Below are positions 21,153 through 31,691 of a DNA stretch of 64,000 nucleotides, in pieces (position 1 is the stretch's first letter; the number at the start of each line of letters is the position of its first letter). The stretch is from Sanchytrium tribonematis (lineage: Eukaryota). The notes below the pieces were generated by a model. It saw nothing but the letters and a program-made list of their open reading frames with translations. It did not search any database and was not told the origin of the DNA. The translations under genes and the position numbers were made by a program. Location: assembly GCA_018985235.1 (NCBI GenBank), contig JADGIG010000005.1:1-64000 (forward strand). The letters are read 5' to 3'.

Positions 21153-21642
21153 TTTACAAGTGTTTGATATTGGCGTTAGCTGGAGTTTTGTGTGACGGAC
21201 TTCAAACTAATGGTTTAATTCGGAATCCAACTTCAAGTCTACATAATTGAAGTATATAAATTTCAAATCCGCCCACTTCATTCAATGAAAACCAGGAATT
21301 TATTTTTTTTGTTTGCTTTTCATGTCTTGATAACTATGGACTAACATATTATAGATTTGAAGATATACTATATTGATCCATTTTTTAAGGTTTCACAATC
21401 ACAATTGTTAGCACGCCTTAGAAATACCATATTCAAAAGCTAAGAAATTTGTACAAGTGCATTCAAAAATTTGGTACACTAATGAGGTGCCTCAAAGATC
21501 GAATCGAAATCGAAACTTATTGGTAATTGCGCAAACGTTCTGTCTGATTCGCATAACCACAATTAAGTTCTAGCCAATCAATCAATAAATAATTTTATTA
21601 AAAAAGCAACGGTTCAAACTCTCCTAGCTCTTATTATCTCCA

Positions 21643-23559
21643 ATGACAGACGGACGCGGGAATTTGACTAGAACATTAAGTACAACCCAACCATCTCATC
21701 ATTTGAATAGCGATGGAGATGATAAAATTCCTCCCAGATCTACGGAACCAAAACCTCCAAAGAAAAAGTTTTATTATCAAATGCCTGGTTCTGACAGAAA
21801 TGTTGAAAAGGTACCAGAACCACTTCCTAAACAAAATCATAATTTAAATTCAGGTCTCTATTTGCAACCCACTATTGGCGGCCTAGAAAATTTATCATTA
21901 TCCAACATGCCGCAACGATCAGATTCCAAAGAATTAGACCAAAGGTCTCTAAATGCCGAAAAAGGCGAAACGTTGCAAGCAGGTACTAAACTGTCGTCTT
22001 CGAGTCTAAATAGCGACACACAGAATATGTCATATAATTCAACCACTCAACAATTTTTAATGACTAGTGTCGATTCAGAGCAAGATGAGGGAATCCCTCC
22101 ACCGAGTGTGTACAATCAATTTCAACAGCAACATGACCAACAGCAATATAATCGATACAGCGAACAGGCTATCCGTAATGTTAACAGCTCACCCAATATA
22201 GGTATGGTGCAACATCAATCATTACCGCCTCAATTTCAATCTAGTCCACCCAATACACACCTAAAAGCCAATTCTGATGTTGGAATGGCTCGATCTCCCC
22301 AACGGAATCATTTATCTCCTGCTTTTAGTCAAGATAGAGATAGAAGGCCATCGGTTGACTCAAACTCTGGATATTCTTTTGATGTTCAGCAGATTCAGCA
22401 TGCTACCTCTCAACCCTCAAATATGTTTATTGCCGGTGGAGATAATCAACCTACAAATGCCACTTTGCAAATGTACAGAGATCAACTTAAAAAGGCCAAC
22501 GATCCAATTTTACTTTTAGAATTTAGCAAATATCTAATACAAATGTCAGAGCACGTCCTTAATGAAAAGGCAAGTCAGCAGCAAATTCAACAGAAGCAAA
22601 AACAACTTCAGTCTGAGGCGCTCAAATATATAAAAAAGGTTACTCAAAACAAGGTTAGCAATTTAAATGAACAACAAAAAACGGCTGTTTCAGAAGGTCT
22701 CGTTTTCCTTGCCGAATGCTACGGTTCTGGAGCACTTAATGTCGGAGTCGATCACGAAAAAGCATTTCAATTATATCACCAAGCTTCGAAGTTAAATCAC
22801 CCCCAGGCAACTTATAGAGTCGCTGTTTGTAACGAATTAGGTGCAGGGTGTAAAAGAGACTCTCAAAGATCTGTTCAATACTTTCGCAAAAGTGCGGCAT
22901 TGGGGGATGTTGCTGGTATGTATAAAATGGGTTTAATAATGCTCAATGGACTTTTAGGTCAGCAACGTAATCCTAGAGAGGCGATCAGTTGGCTAAAAAG
23001 AGCTGCACAAGTTGCAGATACTAGCAACCCTCATGCCTTACATGAGTTGGGCCTTATATATGAAAAAGAAGGTGTTCCAAATATAATACCTGATGAAAAT
23101 TACTCTAGAGATTTATTTACCCAAGCCGCTTTCTTAGGCTATGCACCTTCTCAGTATAGACTCGGTTATATTTACGAATATGGGACTTTGGGATGCCCGA
23201 TAGATCCTCGTCGAAGTATCGCTTGGTACACTAAAGCAGCGCAACAAGGCCATCCAGATTCTGAACTTGCGTTGTCCGGTTGGTATTTAACTGGTGCAGA
23301 TGGTATTCTTCAGAGAAGTGACACCGAGGCATATTTGTGGGCTAGGAAAGCCGCCGACAAGGGCCTTGCTAAAGCAGAGTATGCTGTTGGTTACTATTCG
23401 GAGATGGGTATCGGAGTAAAAAAAGATATAGAAGAAGCCAGAAGATGGTATGTCCGCTCTGCTAGTCAGGGTAATCAGAGAGCTTTACAAAGGCTAAACG
23501 AATTGAAGAAACTACGAGGTATGCAGCGCAAGGACGATGAGAATTGCATCATTATGTAA
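21643..23559 (+). CDS. CHS4: Chitin synthase activator Chs4/Skt5 (SEL1 repeats)
   Basis: SEL1 repeats (SIAWYTKAAQQGH, ELALSGWYLTG, AEYAVGYYSEMGIG); C-terminal CaaX CIIM; disordered N-terminus. Confidence 0.9.
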   Translation: MTDGRGNLTRTLSTTQPSHHLNSDGDDKIPPRSTEPKPPKKKFYYQMPGSDRNVEKVPEPLPKQNHNLNSGLYLQPTIGGLENLSLSNMPQRSDSKELDQRSLNAEKGETLQAGTKLSSSSLNSDTQNMSYNSTTQQFLMTSVDSEQDEGIPPPSVYNQFQQQHDQQQYNRYSEQAIRNVNSSPNIGMVQHQSLPPQFQSSPPNTHLKANSDVGMARSPQRNHLSPAFSQDRDRRPSVDSNSGYSFDVQQIQHATSQPSNMFIAGGDNQPTNATLQMYRDQLKKANDPILLLEFSKYLIQMSEHVLNEKASQQQIQQKQKQLQSEALKYIKKVTQNKVSNLNEQQKTAVSEGLVFLAECYGSGALNVGVDHEKAFQLYHQASKLNHPQATYRVAVCNELGAGCKRDSQRSVQYFRKSAALGDVAGMYKMGLIMLNGLLGQQRNPREAISWLKRAAQVADTSNPHALHELGLIYEKEGVPNIIPDENYSRDLFTQAAFLGYAPSQYRLGYIYEYGTLGCPIDPRRSIAWYTKAAQQGHPDSELALSGWYLTGADGILQRSDTEAYLWARKAADKGLAKAEYAVGYYSEMGIGVKKDIEEARRWYVRSASQGNQRALQRLNELKKLRGMQRKDDENCIIM

Positions 23560-23683
23560 TAAATTATTTGTTATTCCACTACCTTCAAAATTGTAATTTT
23601 CGAATTGAAGAGAACCCATTCAAGATTCAGGGTTCGTAAACCTTTATTAGAGATTTTTTGTAAAACACGGAAAAATTGGAAAA

Positions 23684-24628
23684 ATGATGAGATCTGTATT
23701 AGTACAAACGGCAGTTATAGTTGCTACTAAGTTAGCTATTGACTACATTTACGCAAAATACAAAAACAATCGACTTACAACCATAAGTCAAAATGAAAAA
23801 TTTGAAAAACTATTAAAAAGTGGATCTCTGAATGAGTATGAGCAGGAATTAGGCCAATATTTAGTAAGTTCTGAAGAGGGGTTTGATTGCGTTGCAGGAC
23901 TTCGCGAGGAAATCCAAATGTTATATGATCAGGTTATTCTGTCTGTTAAGAGGCCAGATTTATTTGAATATTGTCCCAAAGGGATTTTAATGTACGGCTC
24001 TCCGGGAAATGGAAAAACTAAGTTGGCTAGAGCGTTGGCTTGTGAATGTAATGCCAATTTTATAAGCATTTCAGCATCTGCCCTTGGTAGCAAATATTAT
24101 GGAGAATCAGAGAATTTATCGGCTGCACTTTTTACGTTAGCAGAAAAGCTATCTCCCTGTATTGTTTTTCTTGATGAAGCAGATGGTCTTTTGAGATCAA
24201 GAAGTGCCAATGAGCATGAAGCCACAACAAAAGTGAAGACTACTTTTCTAGCTCACTGGGATAATTTGGTTAAAACCAAGGGTATTGTGATAGTCGTTTG
24301 TGCAACGAATAAAGCCCACAATCTGGATGACGCGGTCATACGTCGTTTGCCAGTCAGAATACATGTTCCAAATCCTGATGAAGCACAACGAGAAAGGCTT
24401 ATTGACTACTATTTAAAAGGGGAGTTTATATCAAAGGATTTAAGGGAAAAACTCTTGGGGCTTTCAAAGGATAAGTCAAGCAGCGATATCGAACATTTAT
24501 GCAAAAACGCAATTATGAATAGGAAACGCAATTTAGTTAAGCAGCAACTTAGTCAAGGAAGGAATATTGAGGATATTCAAATTGACTTTATGCGACCACT
24601 ATCCAACCAAGACTTCGGTATTTATTAA
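23684..24628 (+). CDS. MSP1: AAA ATPase Msp1/ATAD1-like
   Basis: N-terminal TM, GILMYGSPGNGKT, VFLDEAD, RSANEHEAT, DDAVIRRLP. Confidence 0.85.
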   Translation: MMRSVLVQTAVIVATKLAIDYIYAKYKNNRLTTISQNEKFEKLLKSGSLNEYEQELGQYLVSSEEGFDCVAGLREEIQMLYDQVILSVKRPDLFEYCPKGILMYGSPGNGKTKLARALACECNANFISISASALGSKYYGESENLSAALFTLAEKLSPCIVFLDEADGLLRSRSANEHEATTKVKTTFLAHWDNLVKTKGIVIVVCATNKAHNLDDAVIRRLPVRIHVPNPDEAQRERLIDYYLKGEFISKDLREKLLGLSKDKSSSDIEHLCKNAIMNRKRNLVKQQLSQGRNIEDIQIDFMRPLSNQDFGIY

Positions 24629-24719
24629 GTAAATGGTCTATATGTTGCCCACTCGTTCGAAACCAATCAAGGTGCTTCAAAATTTTCATTTAACATTTTG
24701 AAACCCCAATCACACATCT

Positions 24720-25322
24720 ATGAAAAGATCCCGAGATGCTTACGAAATGAATCAAATGCTAGATTCTTCCCCAAGGAAACGAAACAATCAATGTCCACCG
24801 ATGCTTCGTGAATTTCTTGGACATTTACCAAAAGATTTACTTATTGATATGTTACTAGCCGATAAATCCATTGATTCTATTGATATACCTATCGAAATTG
24901 GGTCTGTAATATCATTTCTCGACTCATTATACGAGAAATTGTCAAAATTATTGCCTTCTAATGATTTTTCGTTATATGCGTATGATAGAGTCAAATCTGT
25001 TCTGTTTTCTATTAAGGAAGCTATTCTCTACTTCACACCTAGAATCCTGTGCTGGGAATACTTTGTTTTTGCTTCAGATTTGCTTTTAAAATTACCGAAT
25101 TTTGAACAGCCAGCAAATCACACGAAACTCTATCTTTTGCATTACTTGAGTAGCGAGACCAAAGCATGGCTGGAACAAACTCGTGTTATGCCGTTATTTG
25201 CTAATCAGTATTTATCCATATTATCTCAAAGAGCCAAACAAGATTCTTCATTCGAAAAATTACTAGAATTATTTAATGCACAATACTCGTGGATGGTCAA
25301 AGAAGTCTCTGTTCATTCATAA
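24720..25322 (+). CDS. Nuclear proteasome tether Sts1/Cut8-like
   Basis: Basic N-terminus; LREFLGHLPKDLL, YAYDRVK, LLKLPNFE pattern. Confidence 0.7.
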   Translation: MKRSRDAYEMNQMLDSSPRKRNNQCPPMLREFLGHLPKDLLIDMLLADKSIDSIDIPIEIGSVISFLDSLYEKLSKLLPSNDFSLYAYDRVKSVLFSIKEAILYFTPRILCWEYFVFASDLLLKLPNFEQPANHTKLYLLHYLSSETKAWLEQTRVMPLFANQYLSILSQRAKQDSSFEKLLELFNAQYSWMVKEVSVHS

Positions 25323-25338
25323 TACAAATAAAGAATTT

Positions 25339-26670
25339 TTATTCTAGTTGAATATAGTTCGATCGCCTTAGGGAAACTAAACATAGAATTCCCAATATAG
25401 CGCTTGCTATAGAAAAAGATATACAAACTGCAGGAAATCCCATTCTAGTATATATGGCACTGCTTATAGTTGGTCCGATGAAAGAGGCAAACGAAAATGC
25501 CAGACTAAATGAACCATATATGCTGCCATAAGAAGTACTTGTTTTTCCACAGTAACTCAGAGCTGGGACATTAGCAATATATAATGAAGTCCCAAAAATA
25601 AAAATAGTGACCCCTGACCAGAGAGGTGAATTAGCAAGTCCCATCAAAGGTGCAGTTACTAAAACTGCAAACAATCCATAAATAATAGTTTTTAATTCCC
25701 CAAATTTTTCCGAAAATGCACCAATTTTTGAAGCAAATAAGACATTTGGAAGTGCAGCTAATATCATGAAAATTCCCACCTGGGTAGGTGTTGAACCTAA
25801 GTATTCATGTAAAAACAAAGGCAAAACAGGTTCAATTCCCGCTAAAATGCCTTCGGTAATAATAACGATGGTAAGTCCTAAAAGAATACGCCTATCAGAA
25901 AGTAGCGTCCAGATACTGGAAGAACCAGAACAATCACTATTAGATTGTTCTGCAATCCATTCCAGTTTAAGATCAGTTAACGGTTTTTCATCCACAAAGA
26001 GTCGATATATAATTCCAATGATGCATAAAACAGCTAATAAGTAGAATGGAATTTGAAATCCATGATGCTCGTAAAGATATCCACCAATGACGGGGCCCAA
26101 GAGAAACCCCATTGAATTGAAAGAGAAGACGAAGCCCATATTTTTCCCAAGGTCGTTAATACAAACATCAGCGCAAAGTGCAAGTGATGTGGTCCAAGAT
26201 GCAGAGCTTGAGAAACCCTGTAAAAATCTAGCAATAAGCAGATCTGTGTAGGAGGTACTGAATGCAAACCATAAAGTGGAACCCAAGAGGCCAAACAGAC
26301 CAAGAAGCATACAATATTTGCGATCATGGTATTTATCGGCTATGTAAGATACAAGGGGAGTAGCTACGAACAACCCCAAGGCATAGCTTGCAAAAAGAAC
26401 CCCTAATAAATCAGGATTCAAATTTAATTCTTCGATGATAAAATCCGGCAAAATAGGAACGACAATTCCATAGCCAACCATGTCTATAAAAAGGGTGAGT
26501 GAAGAAAGTCCGATTATTGCTGCTTTTGATTGATTCCATTTTAGGTTAGAATTTGAAAGAGTGCCGAAATCCGAAGGGCTTAAATTAGATGAGGACTCGC
26601 TGTCTTTTTTCGACTCTTCTTCAAGTAATTTTTCTTTTAAATTTAATAAAGAATCTTTTTTAGAGTTCAT
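25339..26670 (-). CDS. MFS transporter, SLC18/DHA1-like (paralog of 6326..7591)
   Basis: LFIDMVGYGIVVPILP, IADKYHDRK, LLIARFLQG, GIEPVLPLFL; likely ATG 26670. Confidence 0.88.
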   Translation of the reverse strand: MNSKKDSLLNLKEKLLEEESKKDSESSSNLSPSDFGTLSNSNLKWNQSKAAIIGLSSLTLFIDMVGYGIVVPILPDFIIEELNLNPDLLGVLFASYALGLFVATPLVSYIADKYHDRKYCMLLGLFGLLGSTLWFAFSTSYTDLLIARFLQGFSSSASWTTSLALCADVCINDLGKNMGFVFSFNSMGFLLGPVIGGYLYEHHGFQIPFYLLAVLCIIGIIYRLFVDEKPLTDLKLEWIAEQSNSDCSGSSSIWTLLSDRRILLGLTIVIITEGILAGIEPVLPLFLHEYLGSTPTQVGIFMILAALPNVLFASKIGAFSEKFGELKTIIYGLFAVLVTAPLMGLANSPLWSGVTIFIFGTSLYIANVPALSYCGKTSTSYGSIYGSFSLAFSFASFIGPTISSAIYTRMGFPAVCISFSIASAILGILCLVSLRRSNYIQLE

Positions 26671-26800
26671 TATGATTGCAATTGAATTTTGAGGTTTCAG
26701 AATTGTTTTGATACTTTCCACAGCCAATCAAAAGCAGTTCCATTTCATGTTTGATTGGCTGCTTCTGAATAAAAGATTTCAAAATGAATTTTTGCCAACA

Positions 26801-27175
26801 ATGCCAGTTTCTCGGGATGTACTTGAAATGCCGATGCTAGCCGGTGCACTCGGATTAAATACTATTGGGTTTATGGTAGCAACAATAACGCTTCTCATTC
26901 CTCCTTATGCTTATATTAAATTGTACTTAGCCCTAGTTTTAGTTATGTCAGCAGCCCACTTTCTGATATGTTTACAATTTGTAAAGAAAAAGACACTGTC
27001 AGAGAACAAGGATGCACTATTAGTGTGGAATTCTACTTTGGTTTTTAATTGTTCATTGGCGATTTCATTTTCCATTGCAATGCAAGAATCTGCTACCTAT
27101 GCTGGAAGTAGCGGATTTTTTCTAATATTAGTAGGCCAAGTGGTGCACTTGTACAATTCATTTCGAGAAAAATAA
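26801..27175 (+). CDS. Small multi-pass membrane protein (start uncertain: 26747 or 26801)
   Basis: About four hydrophobic segments; TAA stop within AATAAA. Confidence 0.55.
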   Translation: MPVSRDVLEMPMLAGALGLNTIGFMVATITLLIPPYAYIKLYLALVLVMSAAHFLICLQFVKKKTLSENKDALLVWNSTLVFNCSLAISFSIAMQESATYAGSSGFFLILVGQVVHLYNSFREK

Positions 27176-27194
27176 ATCTCCTTGAATCAACATT

Positions 27195-27677
27195 ATGACA
27201 ATTACTCTGCCAAAATCTGTCGAATACTTAATTACTCCTACTCTAGATTCCAATCTAGTGTCTCTTGTAGCAACAGAAAAGCTGCTAAAGGTACTGGATG
27301 CCAAGTTAGTTGAAGAGTTATACGATTCAAGACTTATTCCTATTGCGGCAAGTGAACCAACTTACGCTTTGTATTTATCAAATAAAAAACCAAACGTAGC
27401 AATATTAATAAGAAGATCCCAAATTCGATTTGGATTTAGAAAAGAATATTTCGAAGAATTAAAACAATGCACCGCAAAATGTATTGGAATTGGTAGTCTG
27501 CCTACATATCTAAAATCGGAAAATCTGTTGTCCAAGGGAAGTAATTTTGGTACATCTAATAGATTTGGGATCGAAACCGTAGTTTACTATAGTGAACATG
27601 GTAATTTAGATGAAAATGCGTCAGCTCTTGAACATCAAAGTGTAAAATACCTCAGGGAAAACAATATTTTGATATAG
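27195..27677 (+). CDS. Hypothetical protein
   Basis: 160-aa ATG ORF tightly packed between neighbours. Confidence 0.6.
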   Translation: MTITLPKSVEYLITPTLDSNLVSLVATEKLLKVLDAKLVEELYDSRLIPIAASEPTYALYLSNKKPNVAILIRRSQIRFGFRKEYFEELKQCTAKCIGIGSLPTYLKSENLLSKGSNFGTSNRFGIETVVYYSEHGNLDENASALEHQSVKYLRENNILI

Positions 27678-27687
27678 TAAATATTTA

Positions 27688-28566
27688 TTACCAATTGTAT
27701 GGTGGAACTACGAATAAAACAATGAAGCAGAACAAGGTTGCGGCTGTGGCCTGTTTTTTGATTTTGCTGGATCTTTTCCCTTGATATTGGCATGCGTATT
27801 CATCCTCAACAGTTGCTAGGCCTTCGTAACCTTTGGTGTTCTTTTGCTTTTTGTCGGCAAAATATACACAAAATTTTGCTTTCCACTGAAAGTAGCAAAT
27901 GAAAATAATGTATAAAAATGGAAATCCAAAAAGCCGATAATATTGAGAAACTTTAAAACCTATAATCAATCCATAAAAGATAGTTGCCAAGCCCAGAAAA
28001 ATCAAGCAGAATATAGCTCTCAAACGACGATGCTGTACGAGTATGTTTTGATCCAGGGCTAATTGTTTAAACTTTGGCAAGTCATTTTGAAGAATGTTGT
28101 CCAAAATTGCTTTTTGCACATCTTTGAAAATTCCAGGGTGGAATCTGCCTTTTTTATAAAGGTCTAAACATTCATCGCGAACTTTTGAGCTGATATTAAC
28201 TTCCAAAGAGGAGCCAATTTTTATATACTTGTCGATAATGTTACGGCAGATATCCTCACACCACAATTTTAATCCATTCTCATCTTTTACTTCAGAATGA
28301 AAGTCTTGCATCGAAGACAACTGATTTACAATCAAGATATCGTCAGCAGATAATTGTGGATTTAATCCAATCTTTTGGCATTCTCGATGATACACTTCGT
28401 TGAACTTACAAAATTCGAAATATAAAATGGTGTTTTCGCTTGTATATGTAGATTCAACAAAGGTTAACCAATTTTCTCGCGTAATTGGCTCCTTAGTTTT
28501 CCCACTGAATATATTCTTTACTAATTGCGCGTCACCCAAAAGACTTTGTCTCTTCCCTGATGGCAT
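27688..28566 (-). CDS. RGS-domain membrane protein, Rax1-like
   Basis: PITRENWLTFV..YTSENTILY, KYIKIGSSLEVNISSKVR, HPGIF, then three TM segments. Confidence 0.75.
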   Translation of the reverse strand: MPSGKRQSLLGDAQLVKNIFSGKTKEPITRENWLTFVESTYTSENTILYFEFCKFNEVYHRECQKIGLNPQLSADDILIVNQLSSMQDFHSEVKDENGLKLWCEDICRNIIDKYIKIGSSLEVNISSKVRDECLDLYKKGRFHPGIFKDVQKAILDNILQNDLPKFKQLALDQNILVQHRRLRAIFCLIFLGLATIFYGLIIGFKVSQYYRLFGFPFLYIIFICYFQWKAKFCVYFADKKQKNTKGYEGLATVEDEYACQYQGKRSSKIKKQATAATLFCFIVLFVVPPYNW

Positions 28567-28642
28567 AAAGTGGCTTCATTATATCCAAATCAAGTTAATC
28601 AAATAATTGACGCGGAAAATTAGATTTACATGAGTCAAATAT

Positions 28643-28840
28643 TTATTTCAATTTTTTGTTCGTTAGACATTGTTGTACATTAATTTTGGGAATTTGAATT
28701 TTAGGAACTGCTTTGTATAATTTTTTCTTGCAAATCAAATGATTTTCATCCATATAGTCTATTTCGCCCTCGCTTAAAAGTTCATATGGCGAATTCTTAA
28801 TATCTAACCCTTCCGCAATCCTCACAATTTTACCACCCAT
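28643..28840 (-). CDS. Small hypothetical protein
   Basis: 65-aa ATG ORF filling the gap. Confidence 0.4.
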   Translation of the reverse strand: MGGKIVRIAEGLDIKNSPYELLSEGEIDYMDENHLICKKKLYKAVPKIQIPKINVQQCLTNKKLK

Positions 28841-28950
28841 TTCAAAAAATTCGAGGGGCCATCATTGCAATCGTGTGTTGACCTAAATTTTTAAATTGTT
28901 TTTGTTTTTTCCTTGAACTGAGTTGCGCGAATTTGTCTCTTTATTTGAGA

Positions 28951-31683
28951 ATGAAACTTCTCGGCATATCCGCACTTGGGTCCGCACAAGACGAAGTTTT
29001 TAGTTATTTGGAGAGAATCTTAGCAGAATGGATACCAGAGGATCTGATGGAAATCCCAAATCAAGTTACTAAAAGGCTCTGTGAAATTATAGTCAGCAAG
29101 TGGATAGTCTTTCTTGAGTCTGAAATGAAAATCTTAACATTTGGACTAAACATCAAGGAATGCATTAACTATTTTACTGAAAAGTGCTCAAAAATAGAAA
29201 TTTATGCGCAATTTATTCAAAAAGAGCTAATGAAAGAGGAGCTTCATCAAATATGCGATAGCTTTGTTTACAACCAGATTCAAGACATGCTCAAGAAGCT
29301 TATTCAATTCGATAGTGACTGCCGTTCTAAAGTTGATTGTTTTCAGTCGCTAAAAAAGTTTGATGGAGTTTTAACAGAACAGAGGCATCTTCCTGAAGTA
29401 TGTGCCACATTTTATAAAATGAAATTGGAACATAATGTAAAATCAGAGGACATGGATCTCTTTCTTAATGCTGTAGTATGGTCTATTTGTTCCACATATA
29501 CAAAATCCAAAAATGAAATTGAAGACTACAACCTGATCGAGTGTTTTGAGATGGTAGGTGCCCTGCAGAATTATATTTATATATTTGATAAGTTTGACCA
29601 GCATCCGGGGTTTCATTCTGCTATAAATAAGAATCTGTCAGGCTTGAAAGAGGGTAATTTAGCATTGCAGTATGCTCAGGATTTGCTATTTTGTGTTCAT
29701 TCAAAAAGTGAGTTTGCCTTTGGTAATCTAAAAGGTAAAATTGATAGTTTTAACGCTTTGTTGCTCGAAGAAAGTTTAGAAACACTCACTAAGTCATTCA
29801 ATCTGACATTTTCGTCAATTAATGAAAATAGTGACTCGATATTTAAACAAGATCAATCGTTGTGGAAGGAGCACTTTCTAGCATTCAGAAGGGAAGTTTC
29901 TTTAGAAGAAGACAACTTAATGGGAGTAGTAAACCAAGCTTTGGAGAGTACTGAATCTATTGAAAGGAAACTGTCCCTAATTAGACTGTTTTCATCTTTC
30001 CCAACGAGTGAAAAGACACACCGCTTTTTAGACCAACAAAAAAGAATACTCAGAGATATTATAATGACTAAAATTCAAAATTTGAGAAAACAATTTGACT
30101 TCAAGAAAGCGGAGCCTGAAATCCCTATTGGCAGGCATCGATATTGTGGATCTGCTAACTGGGCATTTCGTTATTTGGAACAGTTGAAATATTTTGAAGG
30201 TCTAATGAAACAGCTTATCATTTCAATTAACGCCGAGCTGCAAGAAATTGAAGCTTTCAAACAGCAAATTCGCAATTATGTTAGCGATATGTATAATATG
30301 TGGAAGCAATCATTGGCTGACGATATGGATTTATATTTACAATATCCCATATTTTCTTTGCATTCAGGTACATTGAATGTCAATCTCGATATTCATTTTA
30401 TCAATAGTGTACAAGAAGCCTCTGCTTGGAAAAAGTTAAATTTTGAAGTTCCCAACAAATTCAATAGTTATATATCAAACTATGACGAAATAATCCATTG
30501 TAAAGAGATTGTTTCCGAAGTTTGTGTAAAATTTAATTTGATACGAACGCAAATTGGTATGAATTTTGATTGTGTTTTTCAACATTTAAAGGAGGATGTG
30601 TTAAAGGTATGTCAAAAGGGCTTGTATGACTTAAATTGGAGCAATCTTTTAGAAATTCAGTCCTATTGTAAAAATCTAAATTTCTCGCTCTCTTCTCTTT
30701 ACCAAATCTGCTTTAAAACTCGCACATTGATGACCCAGTATCTCTCATCATTTGAAAAGCTTTCACAAGTCGATATGCTTTCTTCTCTGTCTGGAACACC
30801 CGAGGGAGTTCCCATCGAGGATGCTTTGGTATTCCTAAATGAAGAAGTAGACATTTTAATTCAAAAGTTTAAAGATAAAATTACGGAATTAGAAGATATG
30901 AAAATTCAATTTCAGATGACCCTGAGGTTTTTCAATGACTCCATCTGGCTTAACTTGAAATCAGAACTTTTGGCAATCATTAATGAGTTAATTGTCAAAA
31001 GTCATAGTAATCTTGTGAACAATTTATCAAAACTTTTATCTGTGAATAATGATGACCAGGACTTTGATGATGCAATTCATTTTCTGCTTTTAGTAAAGCT
31101 GGATGGCAACAAATTACAAATTGTCCCTTCCAAGGAATTTATTTTGGATGAAATACATCAATTTTTAAAGCAAATATTAAAAAAATATGTGTCCATTACA
31201 AGCATGAATGTCAGTCAGTTCACTGGACCTGAAATGCGTCATGATATTGATATACTATACGCTCAATGCGAAAAAGTATTAGAATATGATCAATTTAAGG
31301 ATATCTACGAAGTTAACAAAGATGCGTTTATTCGAAGATATTCTCGCCAAAATCCGACGTTAGATATTATTGACGCTGACATTCAGAAATATGTAGAATT
31401 GGCTGCACAATTGAATTCTAAAATCGAGAATTACCAAGAAGTCAACATATTTACTCTAAATAACACGGAGGCCAAAAATTCAATATTATGGCATTGTTCT
31501 CAGTGGCAGGAAAAGTTTAAAGAACTACTTGGTGTCTTGACTGGTAAATTGATAGATGCTTTTGTAGAAAATAAAGATCTGGAGGACGAAATTGAGTCAC
31601 ATATTGTTGTTCTTGAAAAATACAATTTCGACATCAAGGCCCTACTAGCTAAGTTCAAGAATATTTCCAAAATTAAGAAATAA
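28951..31683 (+). CDS. Axonemal dynein heavy chain N-terminal tail only (DNAH2-like), no motor domain
   Basis: RYCGSANWA, IYEVNKDAFIRRYSRQNP, DADIQKYVELA, HCSQWQEKFKELL resemble the DNAH2 tail; no Walker motifs; stop 8 bp from the convergent gene. Confidence 0.75.
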   Translation: MKLLGISALGSAQDEVFSYLERILAEWIPEDLMEIPNQVTKRLCEIIVSKWIVFLESEMKILTFGLNIKECINYFTEKCSKIEIYAQFIQKELMKEELHQICDSFVYNQIQDMLKKLIQFDSDCRSKVDCFQSLKKFDGVLTEQRHLPEVCATFYKMKLEHNVKSEDMDLFLNAVVWSICSTYTKSKNEIEDYNLIECFEMVGALQNYIYIFDKFDQHPGFHSAINKNLSGLKEGNLALQYAQDLLFCVHSKSEFAFGNLKGKIDSFNALLLEESLETLTKSFNLTFSSINENSDSIFKQDQSLWKEHFLAFRREVSLEEDNLMGVVNQALESTESIERKLSLIRLFSSFPTSEKTHRFLDQQKRILRDIIMTKIQNLRKQFDFKKAEPEIPIGRHRYCGSANWAFRYLEQLKYFEGLMKQLIISINAELQEIEAFKQQIRNYVSDMYNMWKQSLADDMDLYLQYPIFSLHSGTLNVNLDIHFINSVQEASAWKKLNFEVPNKFNSYISNYDEIIHCKEIVSEVCVKFNLIRTQIGMNFDCVFQHLKEDVLKVCQKGLYDLNWSNLLEIQSYCKNLNFSLSSLYQICFKTRTLMTQYLSSFEKLSQVDMLSSLSGTPEGVPIEDALVFLNEEVDILIQKFKDKITELEDMKIQFQMTLRFFNDSIWLNLKSELLAIINELIVKSHSNLVNNLSKLLSVNNDDQDFDDAIHFLLLVKLDGNKLQIVPSKEFILDEIHQFLKQILKKYVSITSMNVSQFTGPEMRHDIDILYAQCEKVLEYDQFKDIYEVNKDAFIRRYSRQNPTLDIIDADIQKYVELAAQLNSKIENYQEVNIFTLNNTEAKNSILWHCSQWQEKFKELLGVLTGKLIDAFVENKDLEDEIESHIVVLEKYNFDIKALLAKFKNISKIKK

Positions 31684-31691
31684 AATTTATT

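Noticed and set aside
21153..21642. Hidden gene or ncRNA in the 490-bp HPD/CHS4 spacer (contains CTAAC..TAG)
   Set aside because: Only very short ORFs and no recognisable RNA motif; most simply a regulated divergent promoter.
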